64,000 nucleotides of DNA. It comes from an uncultured Methanosarcinales archaeon (GTDB lineage: Archaea > Nanobdellota > Nanobdellia > Woesearchaeales > JAGWAF01). Below the pieces are notes generated by a model. It did not search any database and was not told where the DNA came from. It worked only from the letters and a program-made list of their open reading frames with translations. The translations under genes and the position numbers were made by a program. Location: positions 2,710 to 66,709 of the forward strand of contig CAYPXA010000002.1 in the NCBI GenBank assembly GCA_964414985.1. Direction: 5' to 3'. How positions within the stretch are numbered: position 1 is the first letter of the stretch; each line of letters begins with the position of its first letter. Below, in pieces: positions 12,001-18,228 of the stretch.

Positions 12001-12273
12001 TACAGGGCGCATGCAAGCATTGTCAAGGCTACAGGCCAGCTTGAGTCAATGAACTACAGGATGGGCATTGCATACAAGATAATGAGCCTGGCAAGGAATT
12101 TTGCAGGAAAGCTCAAGAGAACATTCAGCCTCGGAATGCTGAGAAATTTGAGGAGCATAAAGCGCAGTGCAGAACAAATGGGCGAAATAAGCGAATCTGC
12201 AAGCAAGGCAAAGCTGGATGACTTGAGGTCAAAGCTGAAGGAGCTTGAGCACCTTTACAGAATCAAGAAGTGA
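1..12273 (+). CDS. Giant membrane-anchored surface glycoprotein, 5' end outside the window (at least 4,090 aa visible). Contains parallel beta-helix repeats, Ig-like modules, beta-propellers, a Cys-rich stalk and 3 C-terminal TM helices.
   Basis: Frame 1 is open from base 1, so the track start at 43 is an internal GTG. There are many NxT/NxS-rich beta-helix rungs (NNTIxN, GIY motifs). SBBP-like propeller blades are present (GIAVDSxxNIxxAG). A Cys-rich block follows a poly-Gly linker. Three hydrophobic helices lie near 11707-11965, followed by a charged tail. Confidence 0.85.
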   Translation, partial: EISEEPAAEEPLFEVQELPETQPEQQYSAQATTIASCPYTISSSGDYDLSADLSTTGTCITISIANVSLDCKGYKLRGDYSGTDYGIYSTTSTADNITIKNCMIANFSTGIYANSATQDTWYIYNNSIKRMIQHGIYTVGDKFYIENNTINNTGLSLSYYGIYFGGTNAAYRSRIINNSLSSVGTGIYVRGSYHQIERNKIKTFAVKGINMDGTYGADRSNITSNFVENGPSSNVGIYVYPNADYNRIINNTVKNVGIGIQAYSSYSQIHNNTVYNISSSYGLIIDGDRNNITSNKIEKTTSGIGTKWGIYLSGASDYLRIINNTIKNFNDGIYNYGSYNQIHNNRIYNISNLYGLHVYPGSRNNITGNIIDGMTGTGAAYGIYLSSSNYNRLINNTAQKLKKFGLGIIGSSHTYLSNNTIENATFGIDLGDITSSSAVSIFNITTDGQTNRINGKYLYWLSKEQNKVYDFNNISMLACTYCNNITLKETLISNNSHAVIFYNTSNSVIKNINPNGILRGNIIVFNGSNVSIENVNITGNITYSTSYGILAKWVSRLSIKNTSVSKTFYGYYLYDLKDYFTFSESTLKDCISNNQAYDFYMLSSSSKHGLIRNSQFYERASIASGINMTIYNNTFNESDPGENYAHSFEFNGKESKVYNNTFYSLKGRGMSFTDIENTEVFNNTVFKAGDSTADDCIYINAASSNAKIYNNTFKNCGDMGIYLYNSNPAVGVLIQNNTVQNFGTGVSTEANGYGIFISSVNKAKVIGNKIQTGDSCYWIRNSQNIYFSGNNCSSTSRGFTFYGSSTIHSQFNITTNGQTNLINGKYLYWLQKEQNKVYDSSNISMLACIGCKNITVQNLNFANNSHGIIFWKTNDSKIDNITVKKITAHEIDASGMILNSHRVLVNNSIFDNLGVTEKYGIYTSGASSPVQKNITVANSIFKYFSYGIYAPYSDHMIIDNCTFLNQGINGINLVYVQSHNATIKNSFFNSSGQYAVSMTSSNNSLTGNYFEKGGLLLSSTSAKNKIRQNNFNKVTYSIALNLGIGSYNDVSLNNITNAPSTNAVNIYINGGSYNQITNNRINAKGVGSNIIYLASLSNYNLISGNLINDSTNAGIYLEGTNYNNTLFNNTITNCDDDGIYFYGSNAYYKRQNKIIGNIINNSGTDGSGNGIYISGLGTVSPYSYGNNISGNIIQNSDDYGLSISSQYFDNNYIYNNKFNNTNNVYSVSGAVNKWNITKTAGTNIIGGPFIGGNYWDNYTGVDGSPQDGLGSTTYTVASGEIDYLPLVVFMDTNAPTFSNAVNTSIDFRENHNFTANITITNTALDAYIFSTNASGSWVNTSARDISGAQHNASEQENVTVVAGSTVCWYYWANDTSNNNATSSTYCFTVAGSGANANYSNYDGATTDFDNHPTPGNIYNAILEVLGSGRITWPGPVNATNQDFDANINISDNWIFVNTSALHPSFNTSANISLYGLSWADPIIKFSYDNVNFFICNGTTDPSCTPYFWNGSTLNFTVSHFTAFTTAEGTNLTIWDDTDYTAKYPNEKVKFYANYTDAADGSSINGTGVYCEFRENSTGSWSSKVNMTFNATSELYEYNKSFSTGGIFYFNASCFNNLSYANLTLIDSFNITGNSAPSIAQAKANATYTTNYTNEDLFCYANATDSEGDNVSYYGYWYKDGVQQFYESYSSINDGQASTNDEAFAVAVDSEDNILIAGKLGGNLSFAKYYPNSTLAWSKTLKRGSYSEEAKGVAVDSNDNIILTGKRSAGTSLDLWLLKFDKNGNHIWNITNGDSGSLQDFGNAVAIGPGNSIYVAGKKTDTIRSNSEMWILKYDSSGSLLWNKLFTNYNNDTEGMGIAVDSYGNAFAAGYVYVGPGNSLFAVVKYNSSGSQVWNTTFGGSGTESAKSIALDNAGNIYVAGLTGSFGNGSSSYKDVWTVKLNSTGSILWNRTFGGLNLNDEGDGIAVTSDGTSYVSGIADSASGSTAKLLLLRYNSTGSLISAKKRYWYGNERGWGIALNSKDEPVIGGRLLSSSGRSMLMLKYHGFELQNQTEGELALIDTIGSGNTTKGEDWYCSVSASDGAGASGYNSSNIVHIRDYSPAVTNVFVNSTTQYNYSNENITCYANATDIDGDNITYTGFWFKNGVQQFYGWNRTFGRASNDEVAYGIAVDSNSNVIMAGEKDPNQGDLFTVKFDSQGNYLWNVTEDPSGSSGHDVLKDASVDSEDNVVVAGMSTSSSNCERIWVVKYNSSGAKLWNNTLYTGACTTGYLETSAESAAIGPNMIAAAGTIQNSTLRNMLTVVYNSSGSLLWNRTKDFNGNKDDATGVAVDSQGNVFVVGITSAGNNQENPNMTLVKYNSTGAEKWAKMWPKANATGNSIVLDEEGNLIVVGKIFLPGKTRVLAVKFNSSGSEIWNSSYNTSSEEVYGTDAAISPEGSIIISATSGLVLGGGVGGLALSFVETDSDEIGMHDFNVISVYPNGTKIWSSYFGTLQDDFAEGIAVDDEGRIFAAGYTNATDPNYYDLMIYTIYGIRLENNTQGVLANVSTITSNYTTAGDNWSCWISGYDGEVLGDYAMRNNLTVRPNAVGTIGNATILFPTGNIEVNQSQTFVVNATIYCTGDPGGVCTNLGATLDPLQNVANLTGPTDYIQDVYADEDYIYAATDCNSNCDSRIYMWHKNLTYYTMLGQSSNGLQAVYADEKYIYGGGRSRVLHIWNRTDSSTPFAWIYNSSNLGGSIASIISDENYIYASTMWGAISPRIRVFNKTDSQFRNLYNLTGASDFGRRITQDNNSLYVGSMDCTVYIYNKSNFAQSATTLAADAGCDDIMGIDVDDKYIYITGRLSANWEGFMQVFNKTTHSQVFYWNDTNNSYGNPSSYYMGMDIHKGDDYYTYQGGFDDWYTDGWVMQINKTGWSIEDVFDAPFAQVKSVYCDSDWLYAATQYNWTNGTVMIFNNSCGGAQALPNPITISPINITPSDIGKNTTINCIANVTSATTSISYVNFTIILPNSTQVSLGNGTKTGTIWNSSSYKIPTIGSYTCKVDAGDNASNTKTATKQFDAGDPGVVPMNSGTPFYTTSQNPTNGTYVSCLASMNVGESCNVSWVVNATGEIGTSWKMFAYFTGSYAETPSFNVTITGGAFANTAPAISTVFVNSTTIQNYTNESITCWVNSTDADADNVSYNGYWLKNGAQNLTFNTSPANYTPSMLVNVSTLNSSFTLPGEKWACRLRAYDGTAQGAYSTSQNITIRQLPDLNAPVFSNAANYSVDFRRNHNFTANITITNNALDAYIFSTNASGSWVNTSARSISGAQHNASESANVTAAAGSVVCWYYWANDTSNNNATSSTYCFTVQITPDTTAPVFSNAINYSAGFRQAQNFTANITIDNLALDSYIFSTNASGNWTNKTASISGAQYNASETSFINLSKGRSVCWHYWANDTSGNSNTSSTYCFIVQNTAPSMLDAYARPLGPGPRNIITCYARAEDFDNDTVRYEGNWYKNGAVNKSFNTSPTYYLSNATVNVSVLDSSYTLEGENWSCKARAYDGTDYSAYLQSSNLTILKDSNLSIWDETDAKAGSQTRYLGDTVLFWANYTNGTVQIAGQCSIFFNSSSGSLMSFNSTSGLHEYSRTFNLSAVHDWNVSCSNSTYAWQQANDTVNIALINLTAYVLMKVQFWTGSAWVDDYLVNYTGPDNINLSADGRVDIDDYWTPWNTSLNTHGAGTYRAYVALVDDNNITLVSRNGVLLEDSYNFTIAEAPEPSSGGGGGGGVPCEHECDNPGERYCLGGNVALCGSFDNDYCRDIGIVDECEFIEECIEGECVCIENWWCDAWGYCNSSGTQTRQCMDMHTCGTENSLPLLERSCEYIPTCYDNILNQGEEGVDCGGPCIKCPEVEKPGMVITLARKVIDWIGLAVPILIYLMVIASFMVSGYYSYHKLVREEWVSYKVLAWALSLSGIAAVLAAVFLIAFGTYLPVVAGGVAFIAVYLACLEWYAKSSGLNMRLEMYRAHASIVKATGQLESMNYRMGIAYKIMSLARNFAGKLKRTFSLGMLRNLRSIKRSAEQMGEISESASKAKLDDLRSKLKELEHLYRIKK
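3871..4167 (+). repeat. Ig-like module, copy 1 of 3 (xAPxFSNA...FTANITI...SGSWVNTSA...CWYYWANDTSNNNATSSTYCF)
   Basis: Shares long identical nucleotide runs with 9751-10050, for example tgggctaatgacacttcaaacaacaatgcaacttc. Confidence 0.85.
9751..10356 (+). repeat. Ig-like module, copies 2 and 3 (tandem), homologous to 3871-4167
   Basis: Protein and DNA alignment by eye. Copy 2 is nearly identical to copy 1 over about 300 nt; copy 3 is more diverged. Confidence 0.85.
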
Positions 12274-12310
12274 TGAATTCAAGTTGAATCAAAATTAACC
12301 AAAAAAGGTT

Positions 12311-12334
12311 TAGTGTGTATCTATACACACACTA
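12311..12334. promoter_or_regulatory. Inverted repeat (TAGTGTGT/ACACACTA, or GTGTGTAT/ATACACAC in a second register) upstream of the RHH gene
   Basis: The palindrome was read directly. It lies between the giant ORF stop (12273) and the ATG at 12367. Confidence 0.45.
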
Positions 12335-12366
12335 AAAATAATCATAATAAAAATAATCAGAACAAC

Positions 12367-12543
12367 ATGGCAATCAAAAAATCAGGCAAAAACAGGTACA
12401 ACTTCCTGATAGACAGCGATGTCTACAATGATTTTTCCAGAATTTGCGACGAGCTTGGGCTTGTCAGGTCAAAGAAGCTTGAGATTTACATGAGGGATTT
12501 CATAGCGCAAAACACCAGATTAATTCAGAGGGCCAAAAGATGA
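12367..12543 (+). CDS. Ribbon-helix-helix (CopG/Arc-like) small DNA-binding protein, 58 aa
   Basis: MAIKKSGKNRYNFLIDSDVYNDFSRICDELGLVRSKKLEIYMRDFI fits a strand-helix-helix layout. I prefer the internal ATG to the track start at 12313. Its TGA overlaps the next ATG (ATGA). Confidence 0.6.
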   Translation: MAIKKSGKNRYNFLIDSDVYNDFSRICDELGLVRSKKLEIYMRDFIAQNTRLIQRAKR

Positions 12544-13382
12544 GGCATATCCCTCTTCTTGCTTTTGCATTCTTGATATTTGCATGCAGTGCTGCGGCAT
12601 CACTAAATGAGATACAGGCTGAAATTGACAAGGACATCAGCATTGGGCTAAGGCCTGGCAATGAGCCTTTTTTTGCTGGAAATGAAAGCGCAAAATCAGC
12701 AGTGCTTCTCATGCACGGATTTACAGCATCTCCCTGGGAAGTGAAGGAGCTTGCAGAACACCTTGCATCAAAAGGATTTTTTGTCTACAGCCCTCTGCTT
12801 CCAGGCCATGGAACATCTCCTGAAACTCTCAAGGATATAAAATGGGAAGAATGGCATTCAAAGGCAAACTCCAGCCTTGCACTCCTAAACAAGGATTTTA
12901 ATTGTGTTTTTGCTGCAGGCATGTCAGCAGGAGCTGCGCTTTCACTTATGCTTGCAGAGAATGAGGATTTGTGCGGAGTGATTTCAATAGGCGCTCCGAT
13001 TTTCTTTCAGGACTGGAGAGTAAAATTTGCCTGGCTTGGCAAATACTTTGTTGAATATTCTGAAAAAGAGATTGAAGAATCAATTGAGCCCTACTATTAT
13101 AGCAGGAGGCCGACAGCAGCAGCTGCAGAGCTTGCCAGCATGGTAAGCCTGATGAAGAAGTCGCTTTCAGAAATAGATGAACCTGCAATTATAATCCAGT
13201 CTATGGAAGATGCTACAGTCAAGCCTGAAAGCGCAGATTACATATTCAATAAAATAAGCTCATCCAGCAAGGAGCTTGTCTGGGTTGAAAAAGGAAGCCA
13301 CGTGCTTATTGCAGGCGAGCAGAAGGATGAAATCTTTGCTGTAGTTGAAAATTTTATTGAGCAAACATCATCTCAAAGGTGA
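12540..13382 (+). CDS. Secreted or anchored alpha/beta-hydrolase, Est30-like carboxylesterase/lipase
   Basis: Has an N-terminal hydrophobic signal, an HGFTASP oxyanion motif, a GMSAG nucleophile elbow and a PGHG motif. Confidence 0.75.
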   Translation: MRHIPLLAFAFLIFACSAAASLNEIQAEIDKDISIGLRPGNEPFFAGNESAKSAVLLMHGFTASPWEVKELAEHLASKGFFVYSPLLPGHGTSPETLKDIKWEEWHSKANSSLALLNKDFNCVFAAGMSAGAALSLMLAENEDLCGVISIGAPIFFQDWRVKFAWLGKYFVEYSEKEIEESIEPYYYSRRPTAAAAELASMVSLMKKSLSEIDEPAIIIQSMEDATVKPESADYIFNKISSSSKELVWVEKGSHVLIAGEQKDEIFAVVENFIEQTSSQR

Positions 13383-13693
13383 TGCTTCTTAACATACTCT
13401 TTCTGGATAAGGACTATGTAAATGAATATTATAATTATTGCAAACTCAAAGAATGCGTTGAAATGCTGAGGTATAAATTTAAGCATGCCAGCAGCCCTTG
13501 CAATTGTGAGGACTTCTTCAGCAATAAAAAGGCATATGCACGCAAAGAATAGGTGCCATGGCCTCATGAAAGCCTTTCTGCTTGGAGTATTGAACAGCAC
13601 TGCAAAAAGCGCAATGGTTATTATGACAAGCGCAAGATTGTAGAAAGGCGCAACAGTTCCCAAGGCAGCATAAAAATCAGCCATCAGGCGCAC
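13373..13693 (-). CDS. Small 3-TM membrane protein (106 aa), paralog of the gene immediately upstream
   Basis: Three hydrophobic segments. Shares the motif W[HR]xFxxAxxLFxxEE with 13684-13998. Confidence 0.55.
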   Translation of the reverse strand: MRLMADFYAALGTVAPFYNLALVIITIALFAVLFNTPSRKAFMRPWHLFFACICLFIAEEVLTIARAAGMLKFIPQHFNAFFEFAIIIIFIYIVLIQKEYVKKHHL

Positions 13694-13998
13694 CCCTTAT
13701 TGATGTATATCTGATTCACAATTGCTGCAATCATCGCTGCAAGAATAAACCCTGGAATTACATGTGTGAGGTGGGGAGTTGAGTATATGCCGAAAATCTT
13801 CAGCGCTCCAACTGCCTCTTCAACTGCAAAAAGCACAAGTGCAATTATAAGGAATCTCCATGCTTTCAGCTCTTTGCTCCTGAAAGACGACTTGAATAAA
13901 GAGATTGCAAGAGCGCCTGCAACTATTGATAGAAAAACAACTGCAATTGTGGCAGTGCCGTAAATCCAGTCATATGTTGTAAGTGCTATAATGTTCAC
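13684..13998 (-). CDS. Small 3-TM membrane protein (about 104 aa, start uncertain, GTG proposed)
   Basis: The track ORF extends to 14328, but that N-terminal part is a translation of the intergenic repeat. A TATA-like aaatttatatat lies near 14020-14031. GTG at 13998-13996 is preceded by AAAGAG. Confidence 0.45.
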   Translation of the reverse strand: MNIIALTTYDWIYGTATIAVVFLSIVAGALAISLFKSSFRSKELKAWRFLIIALVLFAVEEAVGALKIFGIYSTPHLTHVIPGFILAAMIAAIVNQIYINKGCA

Positions 13999-14095
13999 CT
14001 CTTTGCCTGAAATCTCCCTCCTGCATATATAAATTTTATGATTTTGGTGATGTGCATAAAATAAAGGCCAGCCGGAATTGAGTTCTGGGAAATTT

Positions 14096-14330
14096 GCATT
14101 GCCGCCAAGCGGAGTACTTGTTCTGGACATTTCTCGAAAGGTGGCTCCTGCAAAGAAGTAGTTCAATAAACAACACGAAGCGCGGCAATGCTCAACAATC
14201 AGTGTACTTTTGCCTTGCTCCAAAACTCCTGCCCTTAAAAAACAGGGTTCTGCGTTCCCGTAGGGAGCATCCCCTCGCGACGAACTCGCACAAGAATAAG
14301 GTTTGAGTTTTGGCCTTAAGCAAGGCAATG
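14096..14330 (+). mobile_element. MITE-like repeat copy A: module 1 (14096-14191) plus module 2 (14210-14330)
   Basis: Module 1 termini are GCATTGCCGCC...GCGCGGCAATGC. Module 2 termini are TTGCCTTGCT...AAGCAAGGCAA. Homologous to the copies at 45241, 18229 and 34953. Confidence 0.75.
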
Positions 14331-14332
14331 CT

Positions 14333-16006
14333 TCAGTACGGCTCTCTCTTGAAATATCTTGTGTGCAGGTATTTGTGCGCCTTTTTGCTCAATGGCTCTC
14401 CAAGGAATTCAGCGTAAATCTGCTTCACCACAGGGTTTTCATGAGACTTTCTAAGAGGCATAAGCGAGTCCTGCTTGTATATTGCCTGCATTCTTTTCTT
14501 GATTATTTCTTTTGTAGAAGGTATTGGCTGGCCTCCTCCGCCTATGCACCCTCCAGGGCATGCCATAATCTCAATGAAGTGGTATTTTTCCTTGTTATTA
14601 AGAAGCCGCACAGCATTTCTTAGGCCGTTTGCAGCTGCAAACCTTATCTCTTTTCCCTTGATTATTATTGTTCCTGCTTTTATTCCGTCCATTCCCCTAA
14701 GCTGGTCAAACTCAATCTTGGAAAGGGTTTTTCCTGAAGCCAGCTCGTATGCAGTCCTCAATGCTGCTTCCATCACTCCGCCTGTAGCTCCAAATATGAC
14801 TCCAGCGCCTGTTGAAACTCCAAGCGCAGGGTCAAACTCTTCATCAGGAAGATTTTTGAAATCAATCTTGAAGTGCTTTATCAGCCTTGCAGCCTCCCTT
14901 GTAGTCAACACGTAATCAACACCGCTCTTGAGCTCAGGCCGTGTAGACTCAAACTTCTTTGCAGTGCATGGCATTACGCTCACAACAACTATTTTTTCAG
15001 GATTTAGCCCGTTTTTTTCTGCAAAATATGTCTTTGTAAGCATTCCAAGCATCTCATGCGGGCTTTTGCAGGATGACATGTTGCTGATAAGCTCGTGGTG
15101 GAAATGCTCCATGAATTTAATCCACGCAGGGCAGCACGTTGTTATCATTGGGAAAGGCCCGCCTTTTTCAGCCCTTTCAAGAAGCTCTGATGCCTCTTCC
15201 ATGATTGTGATGTCTGCTCCGAGGTCTGTGTCAAACACTTTGTCAAATCCGCACCTTCTTAGCGCAGCAACCATCTTGCCTGTAACAAGAGTGCCTGGAG
15301 GCATGCCAAACTCCTCTCCAAGAGCAGCCCTCACTGAAGGCGCAGTCTGCACAATAACATACTTTCTGTGCTCTTTGAGAGCCTTCAGCACCTCTGAAAG
15401 ATGCTCTCGCTCGCTTATTGCCTGAACAGGGCATGCTGCAATGCACTGGCCGCATTTGGTGCACGCAACTTCAGAAAGGTCATGCTCTGAATATGGAGTT
15501 ACGTGCTCCTTATTGCTTCTTCTCGCAAAGTCAATTGCATAAGTTGCCTGGACTTTTGAGCAGACTGCAACGCACCTTCCGCAGTTTATGCATTTATTGT
15601 CATCCCTTATGACTGCAGCACCAAGGTCAACCTTGTATTTCTTTTTAGGGTCAAACCTTGCGCTTGCAAGCCCAAGCTCCTGTATTATCTGGCACAGCTC
15701 ATGGTCTGTATTTTCAATAAGGCAGGTTTTTGTGTCATTTGAAAGCAGAAGCTCAGCATTAATCTTTCTTGCCTTGAGAACCTTCTCTGATTCAGTCAGT
15801 ATTTCCATCCCCTCCTGGGGGAATTCAGTGCATGAAGTTACAAGCTTTCCCTTGATTTCTACTATGCACAGCCTGCATCTTCCTTCAGGCTCAAGCCCCT
15901 CCTGATAGCACAATGTAGGTATTTTTATGCCTTTCTCGCGGAGGTTTGCAAGCAGGGTTTTGCTTCCATCAAACTCCATTTCCTTTTTGTTGACTGTTAC
16001 TTTCAT
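14333..16006 (-). CDS. hydA: [FeFe]-hydrogenase catalytic subunit, clostridial M3-type
   Basis: All three H-cluster motifs are present: TTCCPAW, MPCTAKKFE and EIMACPGGCIGGGGQP. Also has an N-terminal 2Fe-2S Cys pattern and two CxxCxxCxxxCP ferredoxin motifs. Collinear with C. pasteurianum CpI as I recall it. Confidence 0.9.
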   Translation of the reverse strand: MKVTVNKKEMEFDGSKTLLANLREKGIKIPTLCYQEGLEPEGRCRLCIVEIKGKLVTSCTEFPQEGMEILTESEKVLKARKINAELLLSNDTKTCLIENTDHELCQIIQELGLASARFDPKKKYKVDLGAAVIRDDNKCINCGRCVAVCSKVQATYAIDFARRSNKEHVTPYSEHDLSEVACTKCGQCIAACPVQAISEREHLSEVLKALKEHRKYVIVQTAPSVRAALGEEFGMPPGTLVTGKMVAALRRCGFDKVFDTDLGADITIMEEASELLERAEKGGPFPMITTCCPAWIKFMEHFHHELISNMSSCKSPHEMLGMLTKTYFAEKNGLNPEKIVVVSVMPCTAKKFESTRPELKSGVDYVLTTREAARLIKHFKIDFKNLPDEEFDPALGVSTGAGVIFGATGGVMEAALRTAYELASGKTLSKIEFDQLRGMDGIKAGTIIIKGKEIRFAAANGLRNAVRLLNNKEKYHFIEIMACPGGCIGGGGQPIPSTKEIIKKRMQAIYKQDSLMPLRKSHENPVVKQIYAEFLGEPLSKKAHKYLHTRYFKREPY

Positions 16007-16026
16007 TTTTAATTTTGTTTTTAAAT

Positions 16027-17151
16027 TTATTTTTTAATCCTTGCCTCAAATTCTTCCCTGAAAAACTTAAGGCCGTTTAGTATGTGGTGCGATGCTGTCT
16101 GGCCAAGCCCGCAGAATGAAGTGTCTCTCATTACTTCGCCAAGGTCCTGGAGTGTCTGAAGGTCTTCCTGCCTTCCTTTTCCAAGGCTTATCCTTTCAAG
16201 TATTGCAAGAATCCTCATTGTGCCTTCCCTGCATGGAGTGCACTTCCCGCAAGACTCAAACTCATAGAACTTTGCTATATTTGTTGAAATCTCCAGAATT
16301 GATTTTGACTCATCTGCAACAATCAGTGTACACGACCCAAGCATGCAGTTTTCTCCGCAGACATTTTCAGGGTTTAATGCCATGTCTTCATTGCCTTTGT
16401 AAGGCATGCATCCGCCGAAGCACCCGAAATAAACTGCCTTGGGCCTTAGCTTTGGCTCTGCCATTTCCATTATCTCTGAAAGCTTTGTGCCCATCGGAAG
16501 CTCATAAACTCCCGGCTTGTTCACATCTCCTGAAATGCAGTGCAGCCTTAGCTTGTCTGTCCAGTCTTCAAAAACAAGAAGATGAGGAACATTTGCAAGA
16601 GTTTCAACATTATTGACAACTGTGGGCTTTCCAAACAGGCCTTCTGTTGTTGGGTAGGGAATTTTCAATCTTGGCTGGCCCCTTAATCCTTCAATTGAGG
16701 AGATTATTCCTGTTTCAGACCCGCAGACATAAGCGCCTGCTCCCAGGAAGATTTCAATATCCAAATCTGCCTTTGATTCCTTCAGCACTTTTGACACTGC
16801 TTTTTGAAGGCTTTTCATAAGGCAGGTGTATTCTGCCCTTAGGTAAATGTAGGCTTTTTTTGCCCGGACTGCATATGCGCAGATTATTATCCCTTCAACA
16901 AGTGTTTCAGGATTCTTCTCAATTATCAGCCTGTCCTTGAATGTGCCTGGCTCTCCCTCGTCTGCATTGCAGATTACATACCTTTCTTTTTCAGGCTGGG
17001 ATGCAACAGCTGCCCATTTTTGGCCTGCAGGAAATCCTGCACCTCCTCTTCCAGTAAGTCCTTTTTTCTTTACTAATGAGATGACGCTTTCAGGCCCGAG
17101 CTGCTTTGCCTTCTTCCATCCTTTAAGTTCAGTCTTTCTTAATATCTGCAT
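16027..17151 (-). CDS. hydB: NuoF-like flavoprotein subunit (NAD(H)/FMN-binding, one 4Fe-4S), core domain only
   Basis: Motifs GRGGAGFPAGQKW, GEPGTFKDR and ESCGKCTPCREG. At 374 aa it lacks the extra Fe-S domains of long HydB proteins. Confidence 0.85.
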   Translation of the reverse strand: MQILRKTELKGWKKAKQLGPESVISLVKKKGLTGRGGAGFPAGQKWAAVASQPEKERYVICNADEGEPGTFKDRLIIEKNPETLVEGIIICAYAVRAKKAYIYLRAEYTCLMKSLQKAVSKVLKESKADLDIEIFLGAGAYVCGSETGIISSIEGLRGQPRLKIPYPTTEGLFGKPTVVNNVETLANVPHLLVFEDWTDKLRLHCISGDVNKPGVYELPMGTKLSEIMEMAEPKLRPKAVYFGCFGGCMPYKGNEDMALNPENVCGENCMLGSCTLIVADESKSILEISTNIAKFYEFESCGKCTPCREGTMRILAILERISLGKGRQEDLQTLQDLGEVMRDTSFCGLGQTASHHILNGLKFFREEFEARIKK

Positions 17152-17576
17152 TTTTTCAGCAGCTCCAGCACTTTAGCTTCTGTCAAATTGGTGTATATCT
17201 TCTTGTTAATCATCATTGCAGGCGCCTTGTCGCAGCAGCCTATGCATGAGCCTATGTGAAGAGAAAACCTGCCATTCTTTGTTGTCTCTCCTGATTTTAT
17301 TTTCAGCTCCCTCTCAATTATTTTTATTATGTCAATTGAGCCGTTGAGGTAGCATGACGGAGAGTTGCATATCTCAATCAAATATTTGCCCTGCTTCTGC
17401 GTGTAGATGTTTGCATAGAATGATGCAGCAGCATAAATTCTTGAGACAGGCATTTTAAGCTCCCTGCTTATCTTTTTCATTGCTTCTTCTGAAACATAGC
17501 CTTTCCTATTCTGCTCTTTGTGAAGCCTTGGAAGAAGCTCAGGGCATGCCGGGTAAGTCTCGTAATCCATAGCCAA
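17139..17576 (-). CDS. hydC: NuoE-like thioredoxin-fold [2Fe-2S] subunit
   Basis: Cys pattern CNSPSC ... CIGCCDKAP. Overlaps hydB by 13 nt. Confidence 0.8.
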   Translation of the reverse strand: MAMDYETYPACPELLPRLHKEQNRKGYVSEEAMKKISRELKMPVSRIYAAASFYANIYTQKQGKYLIEICNSPSCYLNGSIDIIKIIERELKIKSGETTKNGRFSLHIGSCIGCCDKAPAMMINKKIYTNLTEAKVLELLKKCRY

Positions 17577-17662
17577 AACTCTGCAAAATCCTTATATAAT
17601 GTTTAGTAATTCCTGGGGAGAAGTGATAATTTTATTTAAACTAACCTTGCTTAGCCAGGATT

Positions 17663-18220
17663 ATGGAATACCTAAACAAATACATTGAAAGAATCAGCCT
17701 GCTTCAGGATTATGCAGTTGGAAGGGTTTGCCAGAACATAGAGCTTTTCTTTTATTCTGCACTGTGCTTTTTCATGCCTTTCTTTATAGGCCATCCGCAG
17801 TTTATTGTAGGAACAGCAGTCAATGCAGCAATAGTCCTTGCAGCGCTTAACCTGAAAGGATACAGGATTCTTCCAGTGATTATGCTTCCTTCTTTGGGAG
17901 TGCTGTCAAGAGGCATTGTATTCGGGCCTTTTACAATATTTCTTGCATACATGATTCCATTTGTTTGGGTTGGCAATGCGATTCTTGCGCTGTCTTTCAA
18001 GCACTTCAGGCTTGAGATGAAGAAAAGCTATGCATTCACACTTGCCTTTGGCGCATTTGCAAAGGCATTGTTCCTTTTTGCATCCGCATTTGTGCTTTAT
18101 GAGATTGGCATTGTGCCTTCAGCATTGGTTATTGCAATGGGGCCTTTGCAGCTTGCAACTGCACTTAGCGGAGGCGCACTTGCATACGCAGTCCAGGCAG
18201 CAAAGAAAAAATTTTATTGA
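17663..18220 (+). CDS. Polytopic membrane protein (about 5 TM), function unknown (ECF S-component-like is only a guess)
   Basis: Hydrophobic profile and a GHPQFIVGTAVNA motif. Divergent from hydCBA. Confidence 0.5.
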   Translation: MEYLNKYIERISLLQDYAVGRVCQNIELFFYSALCFFMPFFIGHPQFIVGTAVNAAIVLAALNLKGYRILPVIMLPSLGVLSRGIVFGPFTIFLAYMIPFVWVGNAILALSFKHFRLEMKKSYAFTLAFGAFAKALFLFASAFVLYEIGIVPSALVIAMGPLQLATALSGGALAYAVQAAKKKFY

Positions 18221-18228
18221 TGCTAATT

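Noticed and set aside
12313-12366. Upstream start (MCIYTHTKNNHNKNNQNN) for the RHH gene
   Set aside because: This start runs through the palindrome and an A-rich spacer. The RHH fold begins after the internal ATG at 12367.
13999-14328. N-terminal 110 aa of track ORF 13684-14328, and the similar ORF 45308-45781
   Set aside because: These segments are translations of the MITE-like repeats (the same peptide, SSSRGDAPYGNAE, appears at both loci). They are not genuine coding sequence.
14475-15905. Several plus-strand ORFs of 100-165 aa
   Set aside because: They are antisense to hydA.
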